From Halomonas sp. (GTDB lineage: Bacteria > Pseudomonadota > Gammaproteobacteria > Pseudomonadales > Halomonadaceae), in the NCBI RefSeq assembly GCF_041689495.1, contig NZ_JBDNGD010000196.1, forward strand, positions 1 to 61,132: a stretch of 61,132 nucleotides of DNA, written 5' to 3'. Positions 19,942 through 30,250 of this stretch are shown here, one piece after another. Position 1 is the first letter of the stretch. Each line of letters starts with the position of its first letter. Made by a program: the position numbers and the translations under genes. The notes below the pieces were generated by a model, which was given only the letters and a program-made list of their open reading frames with translations, was not told the origin of the DNA and did no database searches.

Positions 19942-21759
19942 TTACTTGAGTGTGGTGTTCACCGTGATGGAACCATCACGGGCGTCTGTTACCGCGACCT
20001 TATCGTCGGTCACTGCGTACACGTCGGCCCCACTGGCCGTAGTTGTCGTATCGTCACTGCCATCACTGTTGTCGTCAATCGTGAGGGAGTCAACCTCCCA
20101 GATGCCGGTTTCGGCGGGGTCAACGAGTTTCCCCGCGAGAACGGCTTCGTACACGTCTTCTCCGTTGGCAAGCCCCCCAAGCTGTGAACCGTCGATGTCC
20201 GTCCCGCCGATATACTCTACGACCATCGACTGAACGCTCGTATCTCCGACGTAGTTCTCATCGACCACCAAGTCGAGCGTAACGTCCAACTGCACTTCGA
20301 TTGGCTCAGACCACCTGTACGTCTCCGTCTGGCCCGTCGCGGGCGATTCTATATCGTAGGTGACCTCGTTACCGGCGTAGCCTGCAACGTCGTTTGAGTC
20401 AACTGAGGCCGTGTCGTGGAGTGCCTGTGCGATGTCGCCATGAAGCCCCCCGTAGATGATAGGTTCGTAGCAGTGCGGCGGTCGTCCATCTCCGTCAACC
20501 GTGTCTTCGCGATTACGCTTCACGGTTACCGACTGGACGCCAGCGACTTCGCTCAGTATTGTTTTAAGCGCACTGAGTGATGCTGCGCCACCAATCGAGG
20601 AGTTCTCGAAGGCGCGCTGTCGCAGGTCTTCGTCGTCTTCGCGCTCTTGGCCGAGGATGAGCGGCGAGAGGTTCCGGTCTACGAAGCTGAGGTCGCCCGT
20701 AGGCACGGGGTTCGTGATGTTCTCGATGCCGGTGAGGCCCGAAGTAGCCACGGTAATCGTGTCGGGGCCAACGTTCGTGTGAACGCCGCCGTTGATACCA
20801 CGGATGGATGCAGTGACCACGGAGGTCGCGACTTCATCTACGAGTGCGGTGGCAACGCCATCGTTCGATTCGATTTCGAACGCGCCCGTGTTCCACTCGG
20901 GTTCATACGCCAACGTGGCTTCACCGACCTTGGTGGTTCGGGCTGAACTCTCGTAGATGGTTGCACGCAAATCGTCGTAGAGCGACCAATCGAGTTCTAC
21001 GTGCGATGCAGTCCCAGTTGGTACGGCGACGACCTCCGTGGAGAGAGCATCTTCGGTGCCGTCAACCACCGTCCGAAGATGAATGTCACCGGATGATGTG
21101 TCCACGATGAGTTCGTGGTAGTTGTCGGCGTCGTTCATGCCGAACTTGAAGGACGTGATGGAATCCGATGAGGGGGCGAAGTCCAGATTGAACGTCGTCC
21201 CGACTTTGTAGTCCTTCCGTACTGTCTGGAGTGCAACGGCGTCTGTTGCCGGTACTTCGAGCGAGTAGCTCTCGGTGAGCGCACCAGCCTGCACGCGGCT
21301 GAAGTCTGCTTTGTCGCCTTCCCACGCGTTCAGGTTGTCTTCGAACCCGTCGATGTAGGCCAACGTGGTTTGATTCGTGGTGACGAACTCGATGGGTGAA
21401 CTTCCGCGTGTCTGTATCTTGGAGTTCTTCGGAACGGTGTAGCTCGTCGTGGGAATGTCGTCGCGGCTAAACTCGATGAGGCCGGTCGCAGGCACAGCTT
21501 CACGCCGCGTGAGGCCGATGTACTGGGCGAGCTTGTCGAGGTTTTTACCCTCGGCATCGGCGAGATATGCGGATTTGTAGACCCGCTGCATCGCCTCCTC
21601 TTGGTTCTCTGCAAGTGTCTCCGCTTCCGCCCGGAGTTGCTGAGATACCAAGTCTCCCGGTTCGACCGTCTTGCCGAGTTTGGCTTCGAATTTGTTTCGA
21701 AGTCGGTCGTAGATTTCGTCTTCTGTGAGCTTTTCGTAGCCGTCGTCGGTGAATGGCAT
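19942..21759 (-). CDS. Baseplate J-like protein with inserted domain
   Basis: A.G..LD.LA..IGLTR..A..ATG, G.E.E.DE.LR.R and V.GV..V motifs. Confidence 0.9.
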   Translation of the reverse strand: MPFTDDGYEKLTEDEIYDRLRNKFEAKLGKTVEPGDLVSQQLRAEAETLAENQEEAMQRVYKSAYLADAEGKNLDKLAQYIGLTRREAVPATGLIEFSRDDIPTTSYTVPKNSKIQTRGSSPIEFVTTNQTTLAYIDGFEDNLNAWEGDKADFSRVQAGALTESYSLEVPATDAVALQTVRKDYKVGTTFNLDFAPSSDSITSFKFGMNDADNYHELIVDTSSGDIHLRTVVDGTEDALSTEVVAVPTGTASHVELDWSLYDDLRATIYESSARTTKVGEATLAYEPEWNTGAFEIESNDGVATALVDEVATSVVTASIRGINGGVHTNVGPDTITVATSGLTGIENITNPVPTGDLSFVDRNLSPLILGQEREDDEDLRQRAFENSSIGGAASLSALKTILSEVAGVQSVTVKRNREDTVDGDGRPPHCYEPIIYGGLHGDIAQALHDTASVDSNDVAGYAGNEVTYDIESPATGQTETYRWSEPIEVQLDVTLDLVVDENYVGDTSVQSMVVEYIGGTDIDGSQLGGLANGEDVYEAVLAGKLVDPAETGIWEVDSLTIDDNSDGSDDTTTTASGADVYAVTDDKVAVTDARDGSITVNTTLK

Positions 21760-22076
21760 TAGAGTGTTTCCTCGAAGGAGTCCCCGGTGTTGAAGCCGAT
21801 GATGATTTTCACTGTATCTGAAGCCGTGTTAGTTCGCGTGACTTTCAGATGGTCGATAGAATCGATGACACTGTACTGGTTCGCAAGCCGAGTGACAATC
21901 TGCTTCACACGGAGTTCGAGCGTGGCGTCGTTCGCCGTAGAGCCGAAGAGAATGCGCTGTTGGTCGTGCAGTTGCACGGTGAGCGCCTGCTGGAACTCTT
22001 CGATTCCTTCGACCGTCACGAAGTCGCCCCACTCGGTGAAGTGGATGTCCATGTCGCTGTTGAGTGAGTAATCCAT
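21759..22076 (-). CDS. Baseplate wedge/sheath initiator (gp25-like)
   Basis: GDFVTVEG.EE..Q motif; lies between spike and baseplate J. Confidence 0.6.
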   Translation of the reverse strand: MDYSLNSDMDIHFTEWGDFVTVEGIEEFQQALTVQLHDQQRILFGSTANDATLELRVKQIVTRLANQYSVIDSIDHLKVTRTNTASDTVKIIIGFNTGDSFEETL

Positions 22077-22082
22077 GTGGGG

Positions 22083-22562
22083 TTACTGTGGTGGGTCGGT
22101 CGTGCCTGACCCGGCGGTATCGTCCCACGTGTAGTCGTGGGTGTGTGTATCGAACGGGACGCCATCGAGCGAAACTTGCCCGCCTGCGGTGAGGTCTACG
22201 TCGCCGTCTGCATTGAGCGTGATTTGCCCGCTGGCAGAAAGCTCGATGTCGTAGCCGCCGCTGCTGTTCTTGCTGAACGTCAGGCGGGTCGCCTCATCGA
22301 GTTGCAGCGCGACCTCGCCCTGCTCCATTGATGCTGGCTGGACGCCTTCGCCTTCTGCCGCCATAACGCCTGTGATGAACCGCTTGCCGTCGCTGAGTTT
22401 CACCATTCCGACTTTCTGACCGATGGACGGAACCACCGTGAACGCCGAGAATGGCTTCAGCATTGGCACGTCAGGATATTCGGTGTTGACCCGAATTGCC
22501 TGCACGTCACACAGGATGACGCCGTTTTCGTAGCGAGTGCTCGTGATGATGCCGTGTTCCAT
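22083..22562 (-). CDS. Baseplate spike (gpV/gp45-like)
   Basis: OB-like N-terminus, VPSIGQKV, C-terminal HTH(DY) metal-binding tip. Confidence 0.75.
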   Translation of the reverse strand: MEHGIITSTRYENGVILCDVQAIRVNTEYPDVPMLKPFSAFTVVPSIGQKVGMVKLSDGKRFITGVMAAEGEGVQPASMEQGEVALQLDEATRLTFSKNSSGGYDIELSASGQITLNADGDVDLTAGGQVSLDGVPFDTHTHDYTWDDTAGSGTTDPPQ

Positions 22563-22564
22563 AA

Positions 22565-22593
22565 CTATGAAAGGTAGCGGGTATTTATAGGGA
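22565..22593 (-). promoter_or_regulatory. Putative late promoter (TCCCTATAAATACCCGCTACCTTTCATAG)
   Basis: TATA box about 25 nt before the spike ATG; 28/29 identical to 40890-40918. Confidence 0.65.
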
Positions 22594-22616
22594 GGGTATG
22601 AGAACGGTTCTCACTA

Positions 22617-24107
22617 TTAAAAGTCTTCGATGGTTAGCCACCCATCGAACACGTCTGCCTCCGTAACGTAGGCGTCTTCCGGGTTGTCCGCGCGTGGGTC
22701 GAAGTAGCGAACGAAGCTATCGACCTTGAAGTCTGGGAACATGCCAACGTCAACGTTGACTGTCCAGTCTGACCCGCTCACTTTATGCGTGACACCGCTT
22801 ACGAGGTAGACTTCATTGTGGATGAAGCTCCCGCACTCCACGGCCTCATCGGGTGGTTCATCGCCAAGCTGCCCCGTGTTCTCATCAACCGAGTCGAAGA
22901 ACTTGTCGTTGGGGATGAGTCTGAGAGCATCGCCAACACGGAGTGACTTCACGGGTCCAGTGAACTCGCCCGATTTCGATGGGTCCAGTGGCACCGTGCC
23001 TTTGTGCTGCTGTTTCATCGCTTCGATGAGCGAAATCTGCGCAACAGCGGAAAGAGAATCGCGCTTCGCTGTGGTGTTTTTGACCTTAAGCATCTGCCCG
23101 CGGCTGGAGTCAACGTCTGGCATGTAGGCGACACCTTCAGCACGAACGTCACCAAAGCCGTTCTCGTCGCGTTTGTCGAACCACGAAATGATGTCTTCAG
23201 ACCCGCCGACTCCGGGTTCATCAATCCAGCTACCTTCGACCACAATTCCGTAGATGGGGTCGCGAGGGTGCCGGATGTTGACTCCTTCTGTCTTGTATCG
23301 CCACACGCGATTGTCGTTCGGCGCGGCAATGTGCTGAATTGCGCCCGCTTCGGGAACGCCTACCCAGAGCGTGCGGTTGTTGTCCACCCACGTTTGGATG
23401 TTGAACATCCGGTTTAGCTTCCAGATTGCTTTCGCAGGTGAAATCTGGTCGAAGTCCAGTGCGTAGAAGCCATCAACGAGACGCTTCGTTGCGTCTGCTT
23501 CTATTTCGTTCTTCTTTATTGGATGAAGCAGCCGATTTCCTGTCGATACGAAGTCGCCAGCGTAGTCGTAAAAAATCGACCCTTGATTTTCCGGGTAGAG
23601 TTCTCCGGGCGGAAGCGTTGAGGAACCGAGGAGTTCCGTTGCGCGCTCCTCACCGAGTACACCTTTGCTGATGTTGTCGGTGAACTTGATGTCGTTGATG
23701 AGGTTGTTCGTGCGCTTGTCGAACATGTACTCGTAGGCTTCACGAAGCGTTATTCGGTAACGCTGTATGTCTACGATGCCGGAGTCGAGTGATTCCTGTA
23801 GGTCGTGAAGCTCGATGTACGTTGCTTGGTCGCCGTACTCCACGAAGTCGGGCTTGAAGTAGAGCGTGCTGATGACATCGCCATCCTGCACGACTTGCAC
23901 GTGCTGGGCGTAGCGAAGTTGCCCACCGTCGTTACGGGTGTGGGGCTTCATCATCTCGCCTACTTCCGTATCGAACTCGCCGTTCGCATAGTCGTAGGCG
24001 TTTCGCTCCATCGAGAGCGTCATTTCCCGTGGCGAGATTTCGAAGGGACCATTGCGGCCTTCTACTTGGGGGAAACGAAACGTCCACTCACCGTTTTCAC
24101 AGTTCAT
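22617..24107 (-). CDS. Baseplate hub (gpD/gp27-like)
   Basis: Position after the tape measure region; C-terminal YLVSGVTHKV motif. Confidence 0.6.
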   Translation of the reverse strand: MNCENGEWTFRFPQVEGRNGPFEISPREMTLSMERNAYDYANGEFDTEVGEMMKPHTRNDGGQLRYAQHVQVVQDGDVISTLYFKPDFVEYGDQATYIELHDLQESLDSGIVDIQRYRITLREAYEYMFDKRTNNLINDIKFTDNISKGVLGEERATELLGSSTLPPGELYPENQGSIFYDYAGDFVSTGNRLLHPIKKNEIEADATKRLVDGFYALDFDQISPAKAIWKLNRMFNIQTWVDNNRTLWVGVPEAGAIQHIAAPNDNRVWRYKTEGVNIRHPRDPIYGIVVEGSWIDEPGVGGSEDIISWFDKRDENGFGDVRAEGVAYMPDVDSSRGQMLKVKNTTAKRDSLSAVAQISLIEAMKQQHKGTVPLDPSKSGEFTGPVKSLRVGDALRLIPNDKFFDSVDENTGQLGDEPPDEAVECGSFIHNEVYLVSGVTHKVSGSDWTVNVDVGMFPDFKVDSFVRYFDPRADNPEDAYVTEADVFDGWLTIEDF

Positions 24108-24697
24108 GATGCGTCGAGTTCTCCCCCACCGCCGCCACTGGTGCTGTTTGTTTCTGCTTCTGCCGTGCTTCCAGTGATTGCCGAGACGATGGTGTTTCGG
24201 TCGCCGCTGTACTCATCGCGTCCCGTGCTCACGAGGTCGATGGTGTAGCTGAATTGCCACTCACGGAACATCGGGTCAAACCCGTTCGGGGTCGCGTCAA
24301 TCTCGACGTTCGTGAGGTAGGCTTCAACACCCCCGGTGGGTGAAATTGGCGAGTACACGTCCACAACTCCCGTGTGGTCCTGAAGTCGCTTCAGGGCCGG
24401 GATTTCAGTGGCGAGCGCACGTCCGGCGATGTGAAACTCCACGTTCTTCACGGCCTTGATGGAGATGTCTTCACCGCCGCACTGATTCCCGTTTCGCGTC
24501 AGTTCCTTATTTTTTGTCTGCGGGAACCGTTCGGGGTAATACTGAGGGTCGAATGAGTAGACGCCAGCTACGCCTTTGCCGGCGTCCCACTCGATGCCAA
24601 ACGGAAGTTCTTCTTCCGGGTTGTTGGGGATGTCGAAGTTGTACGTCCCCTGTGGCTCTCCGGTAGTTCCACCGCCGCCGCTTGCTGTGAATCGCAT
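24104..24697 (-). CDS. Tail tube initiator-like protein
   Basis: Directly downstream of the tape measure gene; assignment is by synteny. Confidence 0.45.
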   Translation of the reverse strand: MRFTASGGGGTTGEPQGTYNFDIPNNPEEELPFGIEWDAGKGVAGVYSFDPQYYPERFPQTKNKELTRNGNQCGGEDISIKAVKNVEFHIAGRALATEIPALKRLQDHTGVVDVYSPISPTGGVEAYLTNVEIDATPNGFDPMFREWQFSYTIDLVSTGRDEYSGDRNTIVSAITGSTAEAETNSTSGGGGGELDAS

Positions 24698-26595
24698 TAC
24701 TTGGAGGTACCTGTCTTCGAGCCGTTACCGGCGTTTTTGTTCGTCGTAGATGAACTACTGCCATCGTTCACGTCAGGTGGCTTCATCGCCGACGACTGTC
24801 CTTCCATCCGCTTGAACTCCGTGCGGATGCGCTGTTCCTGCCCCCCACTCATCGGACCATTGCTCTCGAACTGGTAGTTCGAGTTGTACGTATTCTGGAC
24901 GGTCATACCGCCGCCGCCGAAGTTGGGACCGCCGCCACCAAGCGAACCGCCGGGGCTGCTCGGAATGTCGGACCCAGCCATCACGCCGCCCGTGACGGCT
25001 CCACCGATTACTGTCGCAGCACCGAGGGTAAGAAGACCAACGGCAGCGACGAGTGCCAGTGTTGCAGCAACGGCTCCCCACGTAGAGAGTTCGTAGACTG
25101 TGAGCCAGCCAACTGCCATCTGAATGCCTGAAACGAGCATCATGAAGCCGCTGTACATTCCGTAGATGACCAACGCGGCCTTTCCGAGCATGTAGAGCAG
25201 CGCTATCATCGTTATCAGGTTGATGACAACGCCCGTGTTCAGTATATCGCTAATCCAAACGAGCATCTTGAACATCGGAGCAAACGCCGCGACGACCGTC
25301 GAGACGGCCATCGAGACGTTGTAGATAGCGACCATCACATCCACCAGAACGCCGCCCAGTTGGACGAGCATATTCTGGTTTCGGTAGGCCGATTGGATGA
25401 GCCAGTCGAAGAACTCTAAGGCTCCCGACCCGATGAGGCCGCCGAACCGCGACGTAAGCTGCCCGACAACCGACTCGTTTCGCACGAGGATGTTCATGAA
25501 CTCTTCCGTGCCGCCTGCTAATGCGGACCACGTATCGAAGAGGATGTCAGAGTAGACAACCAGCCCCTTCATGGCGTCAGCTACGCCTGTAAGTTCACTT
25601 GGTGCGAAGTCCATGAACTCCGACTGTATTGGCGCGAAGGCTTGTGCAGTCGGGCTGAATACGTCGAAGAGTTCCTGCTTGAAGTCAGCAATCTCCAGCT
25701 TTGCTTGCTGGAAGGCTGCACCCATGTTATCTGCATGGCCGATGAGACCAAGACCGATGATGGATGCGCCTGCCACAGCAATCGCACCGAAGGCCGCAGC
25801 GACTCCGAGGGCTTGCACCCCGGCTGCAATCAGCAGCGGGATGATGAGGGCGAGAAGCTGCCACCACTTCCGCATGGTGGGCATCATCTTCTTCATCTTG
25901 TTCTCGAACGCTTCGAGATATTCCCCGCCGGTAATGTTTCCGCTCTCGTTAAGGTCGAACGAGTCGCGGAGGTTCGCCATCAGGCGGCTTCGCGTAGACC
26001 TAATAGCACTAAAGTCGTCTCCTGCTGCACTTGTGCTGGTTCCAGACCAGTCTATTCCGGCCTGAAGCCGCTGCATACGTTTGGAGAATAGCTCTCCGTT
26101 CATGCCTCGGGCTGGCGTCTGCGCCTCATCGAGTAGAGGGTCGCGAGTATTTGAGATGAAGCGACCGTCAGAGCCTCTTCGTTGGCCGTCGAAAAGACGC
26201 ATCTGTTCATCCATGCGGAAGCCCTCTCGGGTTCCATACAGATTGTCGAGCTTCTGGAGGAGGTCTTGGATGGAGTTCTTCTTCGAACCCCCATCGCCTC
26301 TGCTGCCGCCACCACCCCCGCCACCGCCTCCGCCACTACCCATTGCTGGAAGACCTTCGAAGCCCATGTCGTCCCATGCGCGAGCAGCATTCTGCATGTG
26401 GCGGGAGATGTTCTCGGTGCGCCGTTCTGCGCTTTCAAGCGCATCGACCATATCCTGAATGTCCCCAGTAATGGAGTCGGTGTCCATGTCGCGGAAGTCG
26501 CTCCCGATGGACTTCATCAGGATTTCGAGTTCCGCTAACTCGTTAAGGGCGTCTGTAGCATCGAGGTCTACATTGATTGTAACTGGCTGTGCCAT
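24697..26595 (-). CDS. Tape measure protein
   Basis: Helical, Ala/Gly-rich, hydrophobic segments; follows the chaperone genes. Confidence 0.8.
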   Translation of the reverse strand: MAQPVTINVDLDATDALNELAELEILMKSIGSDFRDMDTDSITGDIQDMVDALESAERRTENISRHMQNAARAWDDMGFEGLPAMGSGGGGGGGGGGSRGDGGSKKNSIQDLLQKLDNLYGTREGFRMDEQMRLFDGQRRGSDGRFISNTRDPLLDEAQTPARGMNGELFSKRMQRLQAGIDWSGTSTSAAGDDFSAIRSTRSRLMANLRDSFDLNESGNITGGEYLEAFENKMKKMMPTMRKWWQLLALIIPLLIAAGVQALGVAAAFGAIAVAGASIIGLGLIGHADNMGAAFQQAKLEIADFKQELFDVFSPTAQAFAPIQSEFMDFAPSELTGVADAMKGLVVYSDILFDTWSALAGGTEEFMNILVRNESVVGQLTSRFGGLIGSGALEFFDWLIQSAYRNQNMLVQLGGVLVDVMVAIYNVSMAVSTVVAAFAPMFKMLVWISDILNTGVVINLITMIALLYMLGKAALVIYGMYSGFMMLVSGIQMAVGWLTVYELSTWGAVAATLALVAAVGLLTLGAATVIGGAVTGGVMAGSDIPSSPGGSLGGGGPNFGGGGMTVQNTYNSNYQFESNGPMSGGQEQRIRTEFKRMEGQSSAMKPPDVNDGSSSSTTNKNAGNGSKTGTSK

Positions 26596-26910
26596 TATTG
26601 TTCTGGGGGTATGAAGTCGGGGTTCTCGCTCTCGTTGACGTAGCGAACAGTTTCCGACTGCTTGTTAGTGTTTCCGCCGCTTCCACCGGCACGACTGTTC
26701 ATCGGGGGTTGGGACTGCTGGCCGCCCTGCCCCTGATTCATCATCTCTTCGCGCTGCTCTTGCTTCTGTTTCGACCGGCGAACTCGCTCTGCGTCGATAA
26801 CTTGGCGCTGAAAGGGAGTCAGTGATAGCTGGGAATCGGACCCACGAAAGCCCATTCCCAATTCCTCGAAGTTTGCGAGAAAGCTATTTGCCGCTCCCGT
26901 CTCGGCGAAA
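26595..26910 (-). CDS. Tail assembly chaperone C-terminal extension (probable +1 frameshift product)
   Basis: Open +1 frame across TCC TTT CGC at the end of the chaperone, running to the tape measure start. Confidence 0.6.
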
Positions 26911-27414
26911 GGATTTCGCACTGTCTGCGTCCGAGGAAATCGACAGAACTCGCTCCGCGATGACGAGCGTTTTGCCACCCTGAAGCCCAATGCCTTCGTC
27001 GTCGTCTTCTCCAGCGATGCCGAAGATTTCGCGCATCCCTTCCTTGGTTTCACCCTCGGCAATACCCTGCGTGTAGTCGATACCCATGACGGCTGCTTCC
27101 GCCATGATGACGACGAACTCACGGTCGAACGCGGATGCGTCGATTTTGCCCGTGTCGGGGTCTTTCTCCTCTTCGAGTGCGTCCTGCGCCTCTTCGGGGT
27201 CCATGTCGAGTCGCTGTTCGAGCATGGCTGCGATGGGCAGGAACTCGGGGTCTGTGAGCGGCCTCACGTAGAGGTCGCCAGTCATGCCGTAGTACGTGAA
27301 GTCTTCGATGACATCGCGGTACTGGTCGCCTCGAAGCGCCATCTCACGAAGCTTCGAAATGTTCGGCGTGTCGGTCTGTTCGTCGGTCTCTTCGGTGAGT
27401 GTTGAATCGGTCAT
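26884..27414 (-). CDS. Tail assembly chaperone
   Basis: Acidic ORF between tube and tape measure genes, ending ...KSFRRDGSGK. Confidence 0.7.
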   Translation of the reverse strand: MTDSTLTEETDEQTDTPNISKLREMALRGDQYRDVIEDFTYYGMTGDLYVRPLTDPEFLPIAAMLEQRLDMDPEEAQDALEEEKDPDTGKIDASAFDREFVVIMAEAAVMGIDYTQGIAEGETKEGMREIFGIAGEDDDEGIGLQGGKTLVIAERVLSISSDADSAKSFRRDGSGK

Positions 27415-27450
27415 GTGTATGCGTGAAAAGTGAAGGTGGTTAGTGCGCTA

Positions 27451-27951
27451 TTACGCGTCGGGCTGGTCCGTGGTGCGGTCCATCGCAACCCAGTCGAACG
27501 CTGTCTCTGTGACTTCCTCCGAGCGAACTTGGTAGGATTCACTCGTAACGAGGACAGTCTGGTAGGTCTCCGGAGCGTTGTTGAGTTCGTGAGTGATGGT
27601 GATGGAAACCGGCTCAGGAAGTCCTTGCTCGTCGTACACGAGCTTATAGATTCCCTGTGTCCCGTCTTCGAACAGCCGCGTGAGCGTGCTGCCTTTGAAC
27701 ATCATCGTCCCCGAGTAGGAGATTGCAGTGATGGAGTAGCCGGTTGCCTTCACGCTGGACTCGCGAATCTCGGTGATTTCGATGTCCTTCGTGGTGTCCA
27801 GCCGGGAGATGGGAACCTCCTGCGTGGCCGCATCCACGTCGCTCGTGTTGTCGGTGGTTGCCTGCGTTGCACCCCGTGAAACCTGAAGGCTGATGTTTGC
27901 CGCCGATTCGATGCGGTCAACGCCGTTGGGCGTGGTGTTGGTAGTTGGCAT
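27451..27951 (-). CDS. Tail tube protein
   Basis: 166 aa, beta-rich, directly after the sheath gene. Confidence 0.7.
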   Translation of the reverse strand: MPTTNTTPNGVDRIESAANISLQVSRGATQATTDNTSDVDAATQEVPISRLDTTKDIEITEIRESSVKATGYSITAISYSGTMMFKGSTLTRLFEDGTQGIYKLVYDEQGLPEPVSITITHELNNAPETYQTVLVTSESYQVRSEEVTETAFDWVAMDRTTDQPDA

Positions 27952-27976
27952 GAGTTATGTCTCGTGTGTGAAGTCT

Positions 27977-29281
27977 TTAGGCCGAACCCACGACCACGTT
28001 GTTCTCGATGAACCGGAGCGGGTCGGGTGCCACGATGTTCAGTTCCAGACGAGCCTTCGTCGCCGACTCCTCGTACACACGGACGCTGAAGTCTTCGATG
28101 AGGTTGGACTCCCGCAGTCCCGTAAGCTGGTATGCGATGAGGTGCTGGAGCGTGTTCCGGATGTGAACCTGATTGAGCCGCCCGATGAAGGGCTGCTCGT
28201 TCGCGCGTGCAGTCTCGTACACGTAGTCCAGCACGAGTCGCTTGAAGCCGTAGTCGATGTGCTGCTCGTCGGTGTTGTCGTCTGCGATTGCCGTCTTGTC
28301 GTCCTTGATTTCCGCACCCCCAGTACGGTTCTCCAGCGGAACGACGTTCTCATCGATGAGGTCGCCGCGCTGCTGCCGAGTGAGCGACTGCATGAGCAGC
28401 TTGTCGCTGTCGAGTTGCTGGCCCACAGCGGTTCGCGTCAGACCGAGTTCTGCGCGCTTGCCCGTGTAGGCTGCGAGAGCAGAGGTGGTGTCCGAGAATC
28501 GCGTGGGGTAGACCACCTGTGCTCGCGAAGAGTCGTAGGTGTTCGTGTAGTTCGACGCATCGATGACCGTGGCGTTGGGGGCCACGAACGCGATGGTGTA
28601 GTTCTGGTCGTCGGACATCTCCTCTGCGGTTGCGAGAACGTCCTGCTGCACTGCGGAGTTCTCCTGTACCGCTGTGAGGAAGTCGATGGTTTCTGCGACC
28701 TCGATGTCCGCCTTGATAGCGTCCAGCGTGGCACTGTAGTCGTACCACGTGTAGTCCACGTCCATCCCAGAGACGCCCGAAGGCGCGGAGGGAACTTCGA
28801 CCTCGGCATCAACCGGGTTCACGAAGCACTCTCCAGCGGAGGGGCTTTTGCCGCCAACCGACTCGTAAGTGAGGTTGACGTTCAGCGCAGAGCCGCCGAA
28901 GTTCACCGTGAAGTCGGCTCCGTTCTCGCTCGCTGGTGCGTTTGCGAGCGAAATGGTCGTGGACGAGTCTGCGCTGTGGTCTTCCGCGACCTCATCCGTT
29001 GAGGCCGGCGCAGCCGCATAGACTGGTGCAGCGCCTTCGCGCAGCATGTCCACAATCGCGTGTGTGAGCAGCGAAGTTTCGCCGAAGCGGTCCTTCGCTG
29101 TTCGCTCTTGCGTGATTTCGTACACTTGGTCGGGGGTCGCTGCGTTCGTCGCGCTTGCGAGGTCGGCAGGACCAACGATGCAGGCATCAGAGGGAGCGTT
29201 CCCAGTCGAAACAATGTTGTTCGCTGAGGTCTCCTCGGTGATGATGCCGGGTTCAGTTTCGTCGCCGTAAGTGTTAACCAT
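27977..29281 (-). CDS. Tail sheath protein
   Basis: N-terminal PGI..EE, FG..S.L, and C-terminal FIGRLN...R..L...I.F motifs. Confidence 0.85.
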   Translation of the reverse strand: MVNTYGDETEPGIITEETSANNIVSTGNAPSDACIVGPADLASATNAATPDQVYEITQERTAKDRFGETSLLTHAIVDMLREGAAPVYAAAPASTDEVAEDHSADSSTTISLANAPASENGADFTVNFGGSALNVNLTYESVGGKSPSAGECFVNPVDAEVEVPSAPSGVSGMDVDYTWYDYSATLDAIKADIEVAETIDFLTAVQENSAVQQDVLATAEEMSDDQNYTIAFVAPNATVIDASNYTNTYDSSRAQVVYPTRFSDTTSALAAYTGKRAELGLTRTAVGQQLDSDKLLMQSLTRQQRGDLIDENVVPLENRTGGAEIKDDKTAIADDNTDEQHIDYGFKRLVLDYVYETARANEQPFIGRLNQVHIRNTLQHLIAYQLTGLRESNLIEDFSVRVYEESATKARLELNIVAPDPLRFIENNVVVGSA

Positions 29282-29284
29282 GAG

Positions 29285-29797
29285 TTAGGGTATGATGTCG
29301 ATGTTGTTCACGAACGAATCGATGGTCGTGTACTGTGAAGCAGGCGTCGTGCTCTCGTTGAACGTTTTCAGCACGATGCTCTGGTTCAGTTCCGTTTCCG
29401 TCGATTCGAGGAACTGGTGGTCAATGCCGCTTGAACCACGGAGCATCAAGTCGTTCAGATGCTCGTGGAATGAAAGCGGGTCTTCCCCGACCATGCGGAG
29501 CGAGGAACGAAGGTCGTCCAGCAGAGAGTGGGCGGCGACCTCATCGGAGTACCGCACGGTAATCTCTATCCGCATGTCGTAGTAGAAGCGATACCATTGC
29601 TTCTCCACGTCGTCGGTGGGGTCTACTTCCTGCCCAGCAAACGCCGTGTTGTGATACGTGTAGTCTGTGATGTCCCAGTCGGAGATGAGCACGACCGGAA
29701 CTGGTCGCTCGTCTTCCATGCCTGAAACGCGAACTGGCACTGCCATGTCCGCCTTCAGGTGGTTGACCAGCGTTTTGATGGCTGTCTTTGTGTCCAT
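29285..29797 (-). CDS. Tail terminator/completion protein
   Basis: Synteny (immediately before the sheath); size; PVV.I motif. Confidence 0.55.
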   Translation of the reverse strand: MDTKTAIKTLVNHLKADMAVPVRVSGMEDERPVPVVLISDWDITDYTYHNTAFAGQEVDPTDDVEKQWYRFYYDMRIEITVRYSDEVAAHSLLDDLRSSLRMVGEDPLSFHEHLNDLMLRGSSGIDHQFLESTETELNQSIVLKTFNESTTPASQYTTIDSFVNNIDIIP

Positions 29798-29798
29798 G

Positions 29799-30020
29799 TT
29801 AGAGACCCCTGAGTTCACGATTCACGTTACGGCGAATCGCTTCGTGTGTCACGCCGTAGTAGGACTGAAGGATGGTCTTGCGGGCCTCCTCCGAGAAGTG
29901 AATCCCCGGATAGCCCTTGTTGCCAATACTTCGAGCGATAGCGAAGGACACGCGGACTGTCTCAAGCCCGTACTGGTCAATCATCGCCTGTATTGCCGGG
30001 TCGTAGTCTGATTCAGCCAT
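29799..30020 (-). CDS. Probable C-terminal half of an HK97 gp10-like neck protein
   Basis: FAIARSIGNKGYPGIHF resembles the gp10-family C-terminal motif. Confidence 0.5.
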   Translation of the reverse strand: MAESDYDPAIQAMIDQYGLETVRVSFAIARSIGNKGYPGIHFSEEARKTILQSYYGVTHEAIRRNVNRELRGL

Positions 30021-30250
30021 CAGTCCCAAGTCACCCGGTAGAATCCGTTGACCCAGTTGGCGTGAAGTCTCTTTCTGATTTCATCGTGGTAGTCTGCCGG
30101 GTCTTCGCCGGACTCCGTGATGAAGTCCACCACGAATGAAAGTCGGAGTGACATGGAAGAGTCGCCTTCAACAGTACCGTCGTCGTTGAGACGAGCGGCG
30201 AGCGTGTATTCCTCGGTGTCGCTCACCCATTTATACACTTCAACTGTCAT
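30020..30250 (-). CDS. Small acidic hypothetical protein
   Basis: Overlaps both neighbours, suggesting translational coupling. Confidence 0.5.
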   Translation of the reverse strand: MTVEVYKWVSDTEEYTLAARLNDDGTVEGDSSMSLRLSFVVDFITESGEDPADYHDEIRKRLHANWVNGFYRVTWD

